This document shows positions 51,365-60,143 of a stretch of 64,000 nt of DNA, piece by piece. The DNA is taken from the NCBI RefSeq assembly GCF_035594765.1, contig NC_085845.1:126310897-126374896 (forward strand), read 5' to 3'. Within the stretch, counting starts at the first letter, position 1, and each line of letters opens with the position of its first letter. Both the position numbers and the translations under genes were made by a program. The notes under the pieces were generated by a model. It saw only the letters and a list, made by a program, of their open reading frames with translations, had not been told where the DNA came from and did not search any database. This DNA is from Anolis carolinensis. Its lineage: Eukaryota.

Positions 51365-52614
51365 GTTGTGGAAAAGAAAAAGGTTTGGATCATTGATGTT
51401 GCCATCCCAGGTGACAGTCGCATTGACGAAAAACAACAGGAAAAACTCAGTCGCTATCAGGACCTCAAGATTGAACTTCAAAGACACTGACAGAAACCAG
51501 TGCAGGTGGTCCCGGTGGTGATCGGCACATTGGGTGCCATGCCAAACTCAGACGGCATTTGGAAACAATAAGCATTGACAAAATTACGATCTGCCAACTG
51601 CAAAAGGCCACCCTACTGGGATCTGCACACATCATCCGAAAATACATCACACAGTCCTCGACACTTGGGAAGTGTTCGACTTGTGATTTTGTGAAACGAA
51701 ATCCAGCATATCTATCTTGTTTGCTGTGTCATAATAAAATAATAATAATAATAATAATAATAATAGCAGCAGCAGCAGCAACAACAACAACAACATTATT
51801 CTTATATCCTGCCTCCATCTCCCTGAAGGGAGTCTAGGTTGCTTACAGATGGCACAAGGTGCTTAAAAACAACATAAAAGTGAACACAATGTAAAATACA
51901 ATATAATGAATCACATGCAACATATAAAACATCAATTCAGACTCAATCAAGCTGCGATCCTCTAACCATGCCAGTAAATTACTAGCATCATGGTCGAGCT
52001 TTAAACACTGGCATAAAATAAGTGCCAGCTGCAGCAATGGAGAGAGGAGGGCATGGGATAAAGTGCAAGATGTGCAATTACTATGTTGGACAACCAGGGG
52101 CTAAATATTCTACAATCTTCTACAACCCGGAAGACTCACAGCAATATTTTCAAAGATTTGATTGAAGAGCCATGTCTTCAAGTCCCTACAAAAGGAGGAC
52201 AGTCTGGGGACCTGTCTATTCTCCCTGGGGAGGGGGGGTTCCAAAGCTGGGGGGCCACCACCGAGAAAGCCCTCTCCCTCATCCCCACCAACCACGCTTG
52301 TGACGGTGGCAGGACTGCAAGGAGCCCCCCCCCATCAGGTCTTAGAGCCCACATCAGTTCATAGTGGGGGGATGCGGTCACAAAGATAGGCAGGACCTGA
52401 GCCGTTTAGGGCTTTACAAGTGTTAGCATAGTTTGGAATTTAGGATTGGGATGCAGTAGAGATCTTCATGTTTGTTGCTAACCATTCTGTTTTTGTTCCC
52501 CTTGCACTCCAGCCTTTAGTGTTTGGTGCCATGGTACACAGAGATGAAGCTTTTGAGACCATTTTCAATCAGTACGTGAAGATAACCTCTGCAGCATCCA
52601 CCAGTGAAAGCTAG
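9893..52614 (+). CDS. GRAMD4: GRAM domain-containing protein 4 (5'-partial; 16 coding exons in window)
   Basis: Spliced translation QEELRKLREETNAE...FGEYIEDFRFQPEENTVETEEPLSARRLTENMRRLKRGAKPVTNFVKNL...CENGWRCCLINRDRKMPTDYIRNGVLYVTENYLCFESSKSG...PLVFGAMVHRDEAFETIF..* matches my recollection of vertebrate GRAMD4. All introns are GT-AG, phases are consistent, and exon lengths total 1454 nt. Confidence 0.97.
10242..10564. mobile_element. Tigger/pogo-like MITE
   Basis: Both TIRs, TA TSD. Confidence 0.9.
11205..11592 (-). mobile_element. Old CR1 LINE fragment
   Basis: ORF 11394..11576 WAPEFKEDNGKLECVRRKATK resembles CR1 ORF2. Confidence 0.8.
12848..12982. mobile_element. Short palindromic hAT MITE (~134 bp)
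   Basis: Same family as 23765 and 44368; left TIR degenerate. Confidence 0.8.
13108..14909 (+). mobile_element. L1-clade LINE ORF2 internal fragment (APE endonuclease + RT up to YADD)
   Basis: IYAPN, GDFN, IDYIL and SDH endonuclease motifs; KAPGIDG, YRPISL, QYGFVKGR, KAFDKV, GTKQGCPLSP, YADD (14873-14884); one frameshift near 13750. Confidence 0.93.
15410..15640 (+). mobile_element. Degenerate tRNA-derived SINE
   Basis: A/B-box-like head and MIR/core-like gtgactttggccaagt; boundaries approximate. Confidence 0.5.
16838..17386. mobile_element. Tigger/pogo-like MITE variant with GC-rich ~110-bp internal tandem repeats
   Basis: TIRs CAGTAGAGTTC / GAACTCTACTG, TA TSD. Confidence 0.85.
17438..17628. 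mobile_element. Tigger/pogo-like MITE, left half only
   Basis: Left TIR plus family body, abruptly truncated. Confidence 0.85.
17756..17856. mobile_element. Penelope-like element terminal fragment (inverted arrangement)
   Basis: gttgtcgaaggctttcatggcc terminus shared with 37234; flanked by ATAGTGTAA duplication. Confidence 0.75.
18957..19018 (+). CDS. GRAMD4: GRAMD4 coding exon (62 bp; TEEPPPTQQPPKAQTQVNGT)
   Basis: ttttctttag acceptor, CAG|gtacat donor, phases 2/1 fit neighbours. Confidence 0.93.
20940..21330 (-). mobile_element. Degenerate L2 3' fragment
   Basis: Similar to the reverse complement of the L2 3' end at 6400-6620 (gccaccgagaaagccct-type motif). Confidence 0.6.
22118..22475 (-). 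mobile_element. Penelope-like element LTR fragment with degenerate hammerhead motif
   Basis: Homologous to 50527-50780; minus strand cct-ctgagta...gaaacgtc-agga. Confidence 0.8.
22795..23124 (+). mobile_element. Sauria SINE, full length
   Basis: tRNA-like A/B boxes (ggttcaaatcc), Bov-B-like 3' end, (ACCTTT)n tail. Confidence 0.9.
23765..23898. mobile_element. Short palindromic hAT MITE
   Basis: 8-bp TSD CTGTAGAG. Confidence 0.9.
24362..24674. repeat. Tandem duplication, two ~155-bp units
   Basis: Units 24362-24516 and 24524-24674 share tgtgtgaacaatattatg...gcaactcatttgatgaggtcccatatggtcctt. Confidence 0.9.
25410..25542 (+). CDS. GRAMD4: GRAMD4 coding exon (133 bp; DKRSHMVCSRVQKWVYDKFGEYIEDFRFQPEENTVETEEPLSAR)
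   Basis: ctttag acceptor, AAG|gtaaat donor, conserved peptide. Confidence 0.96.
26318..26343 (+). CDS. GRAMD4: GRAMD4 26-bp micro coding exon (LTENMRRL)
   Basis: tttccag acceptor, gtaagt donor, required for frame. Confidence 0.95.
26650..26955. mobile_element. Tigger/pogo-like MITE (reverse orientation)
   Basis: TIRs, TA TSD. Confidence 0.88.
26984..27306. mobile_element. Tigger/pogo-like MITE
   Basis: TIRs, TA TSD. Confidence 0.9.
27975..28160. mobile_element. Old Tigger-like MITE
   Basis: tacagtggaccc...ggatacagagg degenerate TIRs. Confidence 0.5.
29315..29673 (-). mobile_element. Non-autonomous Helitron 5' fragment
   Basis: Minus strand starts TCTATATAAATAAAAG; shares the gtgccaagttt..ccagatcc subrepeat with 62468-63131. 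Confidence 0.65.
29947..30038 (+). CDS. GRAMD4: GRAMD4 coding exon (92 bp; KRGAKPVTNFVKNLSALSDWFSVYTSAIAFI)
   Basis: cctag acceptor, gtaagt donor. Confidence 0.96.
31444..31535 (+). CDS. GRAMD4: GRAMD4 coding exon (92 bp; IYMNAVWHGWAIPMFLFLAILRLSLNYLIA, transmembrane)
   Basis: tttag acceptor, CAG|gtaacc donor. Confidence 0.96.
32074..32122 (+). CDS. GRAMD4: GRAMD4 coding exon (49 bp; GWRIQWSIVPEVSEPI)
   Basis: ttttag acceptor, gtaagt donor. Confidence 0.96.
32406..33480. mobile_element. GC-rich non-autonomous hAT, right end missing
   Basis: CAGTGGTTCCCAAA left TIR; inverted subterminal repeats (gggctgagcctcta / tagaggctcagccc). Confidence 0.7.
34934..35005 (+). CDS. GRAMD4: GRAMD4 coding exon (72 bp; EPPKEDLTVSEKFQLVLDVAQKAQ)
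   Basis: tttcag acceptor, CAG|gtatgt donor. Confidence 0.96.
35103..35905 (-). mobile_element. Vingi (Ingi-clade) LINE 3' fragment
   Basis: ORF 35180..35629 C-terminus WKSLNRLRS..KW...CYCGAEQTQHL..C..C zinc-knuckle; gacacgaaa(TAA)n tail. Confidence 0.8.
36741..36784 (+). CDS. GRAMD4: GRAMD4 coding exon (44 bp; NLFGKMSDILEKIK)
   Basis: tacag acceptor, gtaagt donor; followed by a 115-bp intron. Confidence 0.96.
36900..37009 (+). CDS. GRAMD4: GRAMD4 coding exon (110 bp; LFMWVQPEVTQKLYIALWAAFIASCCIPYRIIGLSL)
   Basis: ttaacag acceptor, G|gtaaag donor. Confidence 0.96.
37234..37432. mobile_element. Penelope-like LTR fragments in inverted arrangement
   Basis: ~75-bp imperfect inverted arms containing hammerhead half-motifs. 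Confidence 0.8.
37811..37965 (+). CDS. GRAMD4: GRAMD4 coding exon (155 bp; GLYAGIKFFLIDFVFKRCPRLRAKYDTPYIIWLNLPTDPQLKERANATVSRR)
   Basis: ctag acceptor, CGG|gtaaat donor; visible in ORF 37747..37977. Confidence 0.96.
40080..40097 (+). CDS. GRAMD4: Candidate alternative 18-nt microexon of GRAMD4 (LSGHEK)
   Basis: ~60-nt AG-free U-rich tract, tgctag acceptor, AAG|gtatgg donor, phase 0/0 like the host intron, no stop codon. Confidence 0.6.
40898..41088 (+). mobile_element. 5S rRNA-derived SINE (SINE3-type), degenerate
   Basis: tcttggaagctaagcag...ttagtgctt...gagacc resembles the 5S internal promoter; body shared with 59965-60143. Confidence 0.7.
41802..42523. mobile_element. Mosaic of hAT fragments, CR1-like tails, (TAG)n and a Tigger-like right end
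   Basis: CAGGGGTTCTCAAAC start; segment shared with the 4706 family; ...ttggggattgcctgta end. Confidence 0.6.
43020..43167 (+). CDS. GRAMD4: GRAMD4 coding exon (148 bp; LQTAASRSCVGSSAPAG...KRGNFHEVFNLSENERPLA, start of GRAM domain)
   Basis: ccctacag acceptor, CAG|gtattg donor; in ORF 42981..43256. Confidence 0.95.
43539..43632 (+). CDS. GRAMD4: GRAMD4 coding exon (94 bp; VCENGWRCCLINRDRKMPTDYIRNGVLYVTE, GRAM domain)
   Basis: tttgacag acceptor, gtaagt donor. Confidence 0.96.
44106..44820. mobile_element. Possible solo LTR
   Basis: TGTTGAGGAT...ATCCTTCAACA inverted ends and repetitive gtcag/ccag interior; no TSD found. Confidence 0.35.
44368..44502. mobile_element. Short palindromic hAT MITE
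   Basis: CAGTGGTTCTCAACCT TIRs; TSD GTCTAGAC/GTCTAGAA. Confidence 0.9.
44937..45641. mobile_element. Non-autonomous hAT (4706 family, opposite orientation)
   Basis: TSD CTTTACAA. Confidence 0.92.
45880..46642. mobile_element. Non-autonomous hAT (4706 family)
   Basis: TSD CTCTAGAG. Confidence 0.92.
47604..47688 (+). CDS. GRAMD4: GRAMD4 coding exon (85 bp; YLCFESSKSGSSKRNKVIKLADITDIQK)
   Basis: tttttag acceptor, AAG|gtatgt donor. Confidence 0.96.
48150..48685 (-). mobile_element. Helitron-family internal fragment (~120-bp subrepeats)
   Basis: Repeated gtgccaagtttggtccaga...gaactacaactccc as in 62468-63131. Confidence 0.65.
48796..48878 (+). mobile_element. CR1 3'UTR stub
   Basis: Matches 2446-2512; ATTCTATGATTCTAT tail. 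Confidence 0.88.
49409..49477 (+). CDS. GRAMD4: GRAMD4 coding exon (69 bp; YKVLSVLPGSGMGIAVSTPSTQK)
   Basis: tttttag acceptor, gtaagt donor. Confidence 0.96.
50527..50780 (-). mobile_element. Penelope-like LTR fragment
   Basis: Homologous to 22118-22475. Confidence 0.8.
51052..51094 (+). ncRNA. Minimal type-I hammerhead ribozyme motif within a Penelope-like LTR
   Basis: UCCU-CUGAAGA-stem II-GAAA-UGUC-AGGA; activity unknown. Confidence 0.6.
51095..51230. other. Assembly gap (N run)
   Basis: Directly visible. Confidence 1.
51231..51765 (+). mobile_element. Two tandem R4/Dong LINE 3' ends embedded in (TAA)n
   Basis: 51365-51655 encodes restriction-like endonuclease IDVAIPGDSRIDEKQQEKLSRYQDLKIEL...VVPVVIGTLGA...LQKATLLGS; the 3'UTR occurs twice, each followed by (TAA)n. 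Confidence 0.85.
51795..52420 (-). mobile_element. L2 LINE 3' fragment
   Basis: ORF peptides RERAFSVVAPQLWN and DLKTWLFNQ are typical of the L2 ORF2 end. Confidence 0.8.
52513..52614 (+). CDS. GRAMD4: GRAMD4 last coding exon (PLVFGAMVHRDEAFETIFNQYVKITSAASTSES*)
   Basis: ctccag acceptor; tandem TAG TAG stops. Confidence 0.96.
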   Translation, partial: PLVFGAMVHRDEAFETIFNQYVKITSAASTSES

Positions 52615-55600
52615 TAGTTCATCATTGCTGATTCTCCTGGGGAGACTCTTATTAAATTTGACTCACTTGGTAGTGAATAAAAGGAGGAACACCCTTCATC
52701 GATTCTGCAATAATTTTCTTTGTTGCATATGTCTTACGTTACATAAGTGTATTTTATATATGCCTTCCATTTTTTGTTTTTAAAGCTTTTTGTAAAAAAA
52801 AAAATAACAACAAAAAGAGAGAAAAAGACAGTGAAAGTGCTATCATCACTATTGGCCTTGCACATTAAGCACTTTTAATGTTTATTTACTGACATTAAAA
52901 CGCTTAGGAACATACGTGGCGACGGCAGCTTGAGGAGAGACCAAGAAAGCTATATTGTCCTGCCCTAAAATCCTAGGGTTTGGCAGTTCATTCTCTTCCT
53001 CTTCTGCTGTGGGTCTTATTGCACGGGTTCTGTTGATTTCAGTGGCATTTTTAAACTGACTTGGAAGTCTCTCATTTATAGGGTTGGCATAAGTCGAAGT
53101 CGACTTGACAGCAGTCGGCAACAACAAACTGGGCACAGGGTTGCAGCCCTTCTTGGAGAAACATGTGAAGGAGACACACCTTGGTGAAGTCTTTACTTTA
53201 TTAATTCATATCTAAATCATACTAACTGAAGGTATAAGTGCTATCTAGTTGCGATTCAAGCAAACCTTATCCACTTCTTGAACTTTTCAGTGGCGATGTA
53301 GATCTGGAAGACAGTTGTGAGAAATCATTACTCCTCAGCCTGTTTCTGCATTTTCTATCTTCTTTGTGGACATTACCACTGAAGCCAGTACTTTCAGTAC
53401 AAAGTACCTTTATCTTAGCGCTTTAGTTTGATCTCTTCCAAGATACCACAGTAGATTGCAGTGGATGTTACACTTTCAGGGAGATCATTTCCTCCCTTTA
53501 AAATATTGGAAATGTTGAGGGTGGTTTTAGGTTGTATAAATATGTATGATTCTATACTATGGGCCTGGAGAACCATGCCCCTCTTGACGTTGTGGTACTA
53601 AAATTCCTGTTAGCTCAAGTGAGCCTGGCAGGTGGTGCATTATGATGGAGAAAGGTTAAAGGTATCCGAAGGGCCAAAGGCTTTGACTCTTGTAGTCAAA
53701 GAGTATCAAATTCGCACTGCCGTGTCCATGATTATTTCTCCTTTTGTATTTTTCTTAAAATTCATTTTGAACTTGCACAAAAATGCCAATTAATTTGTCA
53801 TTGCTGGTAATTGTAGCTTATTGTGTCTACTTCCTACTAGAACAGACTTTGAATGTGGAAGTCTTTCACCATGAAAATGGACCCTCAAAGACTTCAGATG
53901 CTAATCCTGCATTATGGATAAATGCATCTAATGTATTGCTGAGGGATTTTAAAAGGACCACGGGAGTGACTGGGCTGGCCCTAGGAGCAAATAGAGTAAA
54001 GTTTAGCTGGTTTAGGCAGAAAATAATAAAAGGTGGGAAGAAGCTGTGAATTGTTAGGGTCAGGGTTGTATGAATCCCTCAGCCTGCCTAGGACCGCTTA
54101 AACTAGACCACTTCCCTTAGTAGAAATAGCCAGTATTCAAGGAAGATTCAACTTCTAGTCTGGTCAAGCTCTTGGAATGAGATAATGGTACCATCTTTTA
54201 CTCAGGCAGCAAAACCTATCATGTTTTCCCCAAAGTTGGCAAGTTTTGCGCAGAGAAGTAATATGGGATCTCTTCTGCATTTGGCATTTTCTCTCCATCA
54301 TATCAACTCCTTCTCCAAGCATGTGTTTATTGTTAAGGGTTCAAATGTGATGGGAACCCTACAGATAGTGGGGCAAAATGTTCTCTATCATTCTTTTTCC
54401 CCACCTCAATTGCTTCATCCCAAAACTGGTATCATTTGCTTTAAAATTATCTCTTAGACCTCTCATGGATTTGCATATGACCCAAAGGTAACCATTAGGG
54501 CAACTGTCACAATAATTTGGGCTTCTGCCAGTTTTGATCTGTGTTGGGACAAAAGAAAAAAAAAACCCCTACTTTTCTTATATAGTTTGTTTTGCAAAGA
54601 ACCACAAATAGATTTGTGGGAGGACTCATCTTGGAAGGATTTAGCAAACAGGTTTCCATGAACAAAGAAAATTCAAAAGTGTTGCTCACTAGGAATTCAT
54701 TTTTGAGCCAAAAGAAGAATCTGAAAGGCTTGCCACAAATTTCTCACAGTAAAACAGAAATTCCCTTGTATCAGTGTATCAGAAACAATTTGCTATTTAT
54801 GAAAAAACATTTGAGGTTGAAAATTATGTAATTTTTCAGAACGTGTTGAAGACACCTCAAGGTATATAACAGAAATTGAACTTTCTTTCTGTCCCAGGAT
54901 TGTGAAGCACCAGTCTAGCAGGAAAACAAATGGAGTAATCGATGGGTCAGAAAACATTTAATTAATGTAATTTTTTTACTACCCTGAAGTTGGCCTGTAC
55001 TATATTGAGTTTGTCTTTTTTTTAAGAACATTCCCTCGGGCATTCACAGAATTTTCATTTCTTTTGAAAAAACAAATTATACTTTTTTACAAAGTGAGCT
55101 GTGTTTCTTATTTTTGTAGCATTTTCAAGTGTAATTTTTACCTTCACTTGGATCATGAAAATACCATTGTCGTGAAAATCGGGTATCAGCACTTCTTACC
55201 TCTTCCTCCCCCTGCTGGCCGACTGATGTATTGTTCTAGGATGTGGTTCCTTGATGTCCTGTCTGGCCAATATACTATGACAGTGCCACAATAATTTGCC
55301 ACATACATTTTCACAATGAACCATTACTAATAAGATTACAGAACAGATGATGATTATAAATTTGACCCCCTCTATGTGGATATCACAAATACAGATTCAA
55401 AATAACCCACACTTGGAACAAAGCAAACTTTTGAACAAATTGTAATGTTGAGCAAATTACAATGCAATGATAGTTTATTCCAATCTCACGTATATATGAA
55501 CTAAATTTTTTTAAAGAGAGCAAGTGTTTAGTAAAAACAGACATGCACAGTGTTGGCAAATTCCAACTTTACATTATGAGCTGCCAGATCATCTATTGTT

Positions 55601-56495
55601 TTATATATGCTGTTTGTTATAATGCCCTACAAATAACTTGGTGTACTTGAGTATTGAAATGCGTTTTATTTCCTATATTCTGAAATGTTGCTCATTTGCC
55701 AGCCCATTCTGTATTCATATAACCACTCTGAATCCATCTCCTTATGTTCATTGGCAGTACTGAATGTGAATTCAGTAGTGCTATTTAATGTAAGTATTAT
55801 TTTTTCAGCAGCATTTTTTAAAATATCCATACATTTGCTGTGTTACGCTGATCCGATCTATGGCTTTTTGTGTGTGTGAATTCTTTGCGTTCAATTGGGT
55901 AACTGGAAGCATAGTGGTCACGTTTGAGAACCTTTGTTACCACAAAGGGGATATGAAAACGGATCGCTTTTTGTGTTCCCTTTTTAATTTGGTAGTAAGA
56001 TCGGTTCTTTTATATGTAACTTCACTGTTATTTTTTGCAAGGAAAATGCTGACTATGAATGAGTTGTGTAGCAATATTGCACAAAAATGAAGCAAATCCA
56101 GTTCCATAATTTTCCAAACTGAGCGACGAGGGACAGGAGCATAAACATTAAACACTTTAAAAAAAACCAACAGCAACCAAACTTGGTAGTTTCTTATGAA
56201 TGATGTACATTTTTGGCAGATGTTTTATTTCTGCTACTAATCATTAAATAGGATGGATGTGAGAATTTTTTTGTTTGAAGTTTGAGTCTATATTTTGAAC
56301 TTGTGTAAATAATTGATTAGCAGTGTAACTTTTGTTCAAGAGGAGACTTGTACTGTATGGAAAATTGAACTGAAACAATTTGCCCTGTACATTTTTTAAG
56401 AGAATCTTGTTTGTTTAAAAATGGGTGGGTGGGTGGGCTGGATCTTGGTATAAATTATAATTTTTATTTAAATAAACTCTAAAAAAAATACTTCA
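52615..56495 (+). other. GRAMD4: Probable long GRAMD4 3'UTR
   Basis: ~3.9 kb without recognisable TEs, U-rich, ends at AATAAA 56471-56476; a TE begins at 56660. The end position is approximate. Confidence 0.65.
56471..56476 (+). terminator. Distal polyadenylation signal AATAAA
   Basis: Canonical hexamer with upstream UGUA motifs and a downstream U-rich tract. Confidence 0.6.
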
Positions 56496-56659
56496 TGTTA
56501 TAAGTATATCTTTTTTTCTTCATTCAGTATGAACAGCATGTGTGATTTAATGCTCCTTTTCAGCCAGTTTCCCCCCCCCTCTCTCCCCCCCTTTCTTTCT
56601 TCTGATGTCACTCCTTTAACCTTTTACTAGTCGGATATACTCTGCAGAAATTATATCTA

Positions 56660-56979
56660 CAGTAGAGTCTCACTTATCCAAGCTAAACGGGCTGGCAGAA
56701 GCTTGGATAAGCAAATATCTTGGATAATGAGGGATTAAGGAAAAGGCTATTAAACATCAAATTAGGTTATGATTTTACAAATTAAGAACCAAAACATCAT
56801 GTTATACAACAAATTTGACAGAAAAAGTAGTTCAATACGCAGTAATGTTATGTTGTAATTACTGTATTTACGAATTTAGCACCAAAATATCACGATATAT
56901 TGAAAACATTGACTACAAAAATGGCTTGGATAATCCAGAGGCTTGGATAAGCGAGGCTTGGATAAGTGAGACTGTACTG
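56660..56979. mobile_element. Tigger/pogo-like MITE
   Basis: TIRs, TA TSD. Confidence 0.9.
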
Positions 56980-57257
56980 TATCAACTTTGCTGGGATCTT
57001 GTTCTGCATAATGCAGACACCTTACTGGAAGCTAAGGAAATGTAGTTCTTTTGGATGGTATATTTTCACAGCAAGCTGGTATAGTAAACATTTCTCTCCA
57101 ACTTGCAAGAGACAATAACTTCAATAGCTTGATCGATGTTCTATAGTGCTACACATGTTTCGGTTTGTGCTATTTTGTCTGCTGTTAAGATTCACCGATT
57201 AAGCTGTATTCCAAGGACAAGGTCAGACATATTTTTAAATATATTTTCATATCTTTT

Positions 57258-57650
57258 ACTTACTGGTACTTAGATGGTCCCTCATTGTCCAAGTATGATG
57301 GCCTTCCAAGTTCTTGGAAGACGTCTGTGTGTGAGTTTTTTTAAATGTGTGGAGATCTGTGAACAGCCGATCAACACACAATCTTCACAGAATGAGGGTC
57401 CCGGTCAGTGGCGTGGTTAACATGACGATGATCCTTCTCAGTCTGTTGCAGCCTTCTTCCGCCTTCACAGCTGTTGTAACATGTATCGTGTTTTCTTCCT
57501 CCTGATCCGCCATTGAGGTCTTTGGATTGTGCTCGGTCTGGAACCTCCCCTGCAGAGGTTCTAGACCCTGCATGATTTTGGTGGTTACACCCGCAGGTTC
57601 ATTGGAATATGCAAGCCCCCTTACCATGACAAGGTGACAGTTCATTGGGG
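57258..57650 (-). mobile_element. RTE-derived non-autonomous element
   Basis: Minus-strand caccttgtcatggtaagggggcttgc resembles an RTE 5'UTR; aagta-type tail. Confidence 0.55.
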
Positions 57651-57661
57651 GCGTTCATATA

Positions 57662-58146
57662 CAAGGGCTATCCAGAAAGTAGATTACATTTTGGAATTAA
57701 AAATGAACAAAATATAGGAGAAAACATTTACCATATGCAGTTGAAAGCTACACCCCAATACCACATCTCACATTGCTGCCATTCAAATCTAGGCACTTAA
57801 CATAGTGATGAATGAGCTTTGCAACTCCTTTCCCACTAAATTCTGCCGCTTGCATCCTCAACCACTTGTTTCCAACAATGGGGGCGTGGCTGGCAACACA
57901 GCATTTTGGTGACGTTGCGCAGCTGCGGGGAGGGATGACTGGCTGGTTGAGGACGTAAGCAGCAAAATTTAGTGGGGAAGGAGTTGCAAAGCTCATTAAT
58001 CGCTATGGTAAGTGCCTAGATTTGAATGGCGACTACATGAGATGTGGTATTTGGGTGTGGCTTTCAATTGAATATGGTAAATGTTTTCTCCTGTACTTGG
58101 TTCATTTTTAATTCCAAAATGTAATCTACTTTCTGGATAACCCTCG
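57662..58146. mobile_element. Mariner-like MITE with long TIRs
   Basis: ~190-bp inverted arms, TA TSD. Confidence 0.88.
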
Positions 58147-59004
58147 TATTTTATCATAGTGGTAATTTGCATATGCAAACTAGTTATTTTAGGACAGATA
58201 CACAAATCCTCTCATGATTGACTTTTATAATCTCAAATACAAAACTTGCTAATGGCAACATACACCACCCTGCATCTTGTTGGTTAGTTGAAATTAAAAT
58301 AGCAACATTGAATGAGTTATTGGCTGGTGAGTTGACAACACAAAGGTAAATCTTGATTCAGTGTATCTATTCTAGTTGGGACTAAACAGGACCCAAGCCA
58401 AATGGTGCTTCGTTTTGTTCTGTATGTGTTTGTTTCTAGCTAAAAATTGCAGAGGCTAGGATTTACTGGCATTCAGTTGTTTCTCTGATGTGTTGTGACT
58501 TGTGACCTCTGATCCACAGTAAGGCCAATTCATGTTTTCCTGCACAACAAAGATAGCAACTCTGGCTTTCTAGAGATAACAAATTATAACTCTTAACATT
58601 CATCATAAGCCATTGGTTAGATAGAATTGATTAGAGTTTCAGCCCAATATAATCTGGTAGACTCGTCTATTTATTCTATTCAGTATGACTCCCATATCCA
58701 CGGGACATGGGACACTATGTACACTATGCATGAAATCCTATATCTTCACTGTACTTGGGTCAAAGGCATACTATGGACTCATACTAGAGGACCTAGGGAT
58801 CGGAATATCTTTTAGGGTAAGTGAAACTATGGATAGTGTATCTACGGATAGGGATTGTAAGCAAAAGCAAGCACAGAAATGGATAAGATAGAAGTGTATT
58901 CACTGACATCCCACCACTGCCATGCAATCATGTAAACTGTATGAATGATATCTGTCTATGAAAGTACATTTCTAGTCCACATACTTGCATATAACTGATC
59001 TTAA

Positions 59005-59261
59005 GGAGCCCTCGGTGGCGCAATGGGTTAAACCCTTGTGCTGGCAGGATTGCTGACCAACAGGTCAGCGGTTCAAATTCGGGGAGAGCGAGTGAGCTCC
59101 CTCTGACAGCTCCACCTCCCCATGCGGCGACATGAGAAAAGCCTCCCACAAGGATGGTAAAACATTAAACATTCAGGCGTCCCCTGGGCAACGTTCTTGT
59201 AGACTGCCAATTCTCTCACACCAGAAGCGACTTGCATTTCTCAAAATTTCACAAAAATCCC
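59005..59261 (+). mobile_element. tRNA-derived SINE
   Basis: A box ggtggcgcaatgg, B box ggttcaaattc, 10-bp TSD CTGATCTTAA. Confidence 0.88.
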
Positions 59262-59964
59262 CTGATCTTAAGCAGAAAATAACAAGAATATCACTGCGGT
59301 GATCAAAAAATGCTTCCACATTCCTCGTTCAGATCTCTGACGATTCCTCCTCCAAGGTCTTAGTTGTGTTTTCATATGATCACTGTTAGAATTAATGCAT
59401 TGTATCTTTCAACTGCATTCAATTTGATCATTTTTTCAATTGTTTCTATAAGAATTCAGAAAACTCCAGCCAACATGCCACCCATAGGCACTTCCCAAAT
59501 ACAAACCAAGTTGCAATTCATAGAGGTTGTGGAGGAGCAAGACTTGCATTTGCCAACCATTGTTTCGTGGAATAATTTCATCCCACGCATAAATAGCTGT
59601 GTTGCATTTTGAGGGAGCTGGGACTGAAATCGTTTCAGGCCTTTGCATAGTTTCTTTAGCATTTACATTTCTGGAACTTGCCAATTGAGATTTCAGCTTC
59701 ATTTTGTTTTAACTGTCAAAATAGGAGCTTTCCTCTGAATTTCTAAATAACCTATCTCTCTTAATGGAATTTAAATCTACATTATAAGTGCTATTTATGA
59801 TATGTAGAACTATTAGTGCTTGTATTGAGTACTGATCGAGCAAAGCACTAATCTTCCAAGAGATGAGGGAGTTCTGCATAAACTCCACTGAAACAAATGG
59901 GAGTCATCCTGTAACATAGCTCCCGTGTGCCTTTTGCAAGAAAACATCCTTCTGGATTATGCGA

Positions 59965-60143
59965 GTATGTGCCTTTTAGTTGCCTGTCAATTTTTGATGA
60001 TCTCATGAATTCATAGGGTTTTCATAGAAAAGGAATACTCCGGAATAGTTTTGTTAGTTCCTTCCCCTGAAATACAGCCTACAGTACCTGGTATTAGTTG
60101 GTGGTCTTATCCAAGTACTAATTAGGGCTTAGCTTCTAAGATA
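59965..60143 (-). mobile_element. 5S rRNA-derived SINE
   Basis: Minus strand gaagctaagc...ttagtacttggat..gacc...aataccaggtactgtaggct matches the 5S rRNA 3' half. Confidence 0.75.

Noticed and set aside
59436-59715. Minus-strand ORFs and acceptor-like site as the last exon of a convergent neighbour such as CERK
   Set aside because: No recognisable protein similarity and no supporting upstream exons in the window.
59965-60143. 5S rRNA gene
   Set aside because: Partial, diverged and fused to a SINE body.
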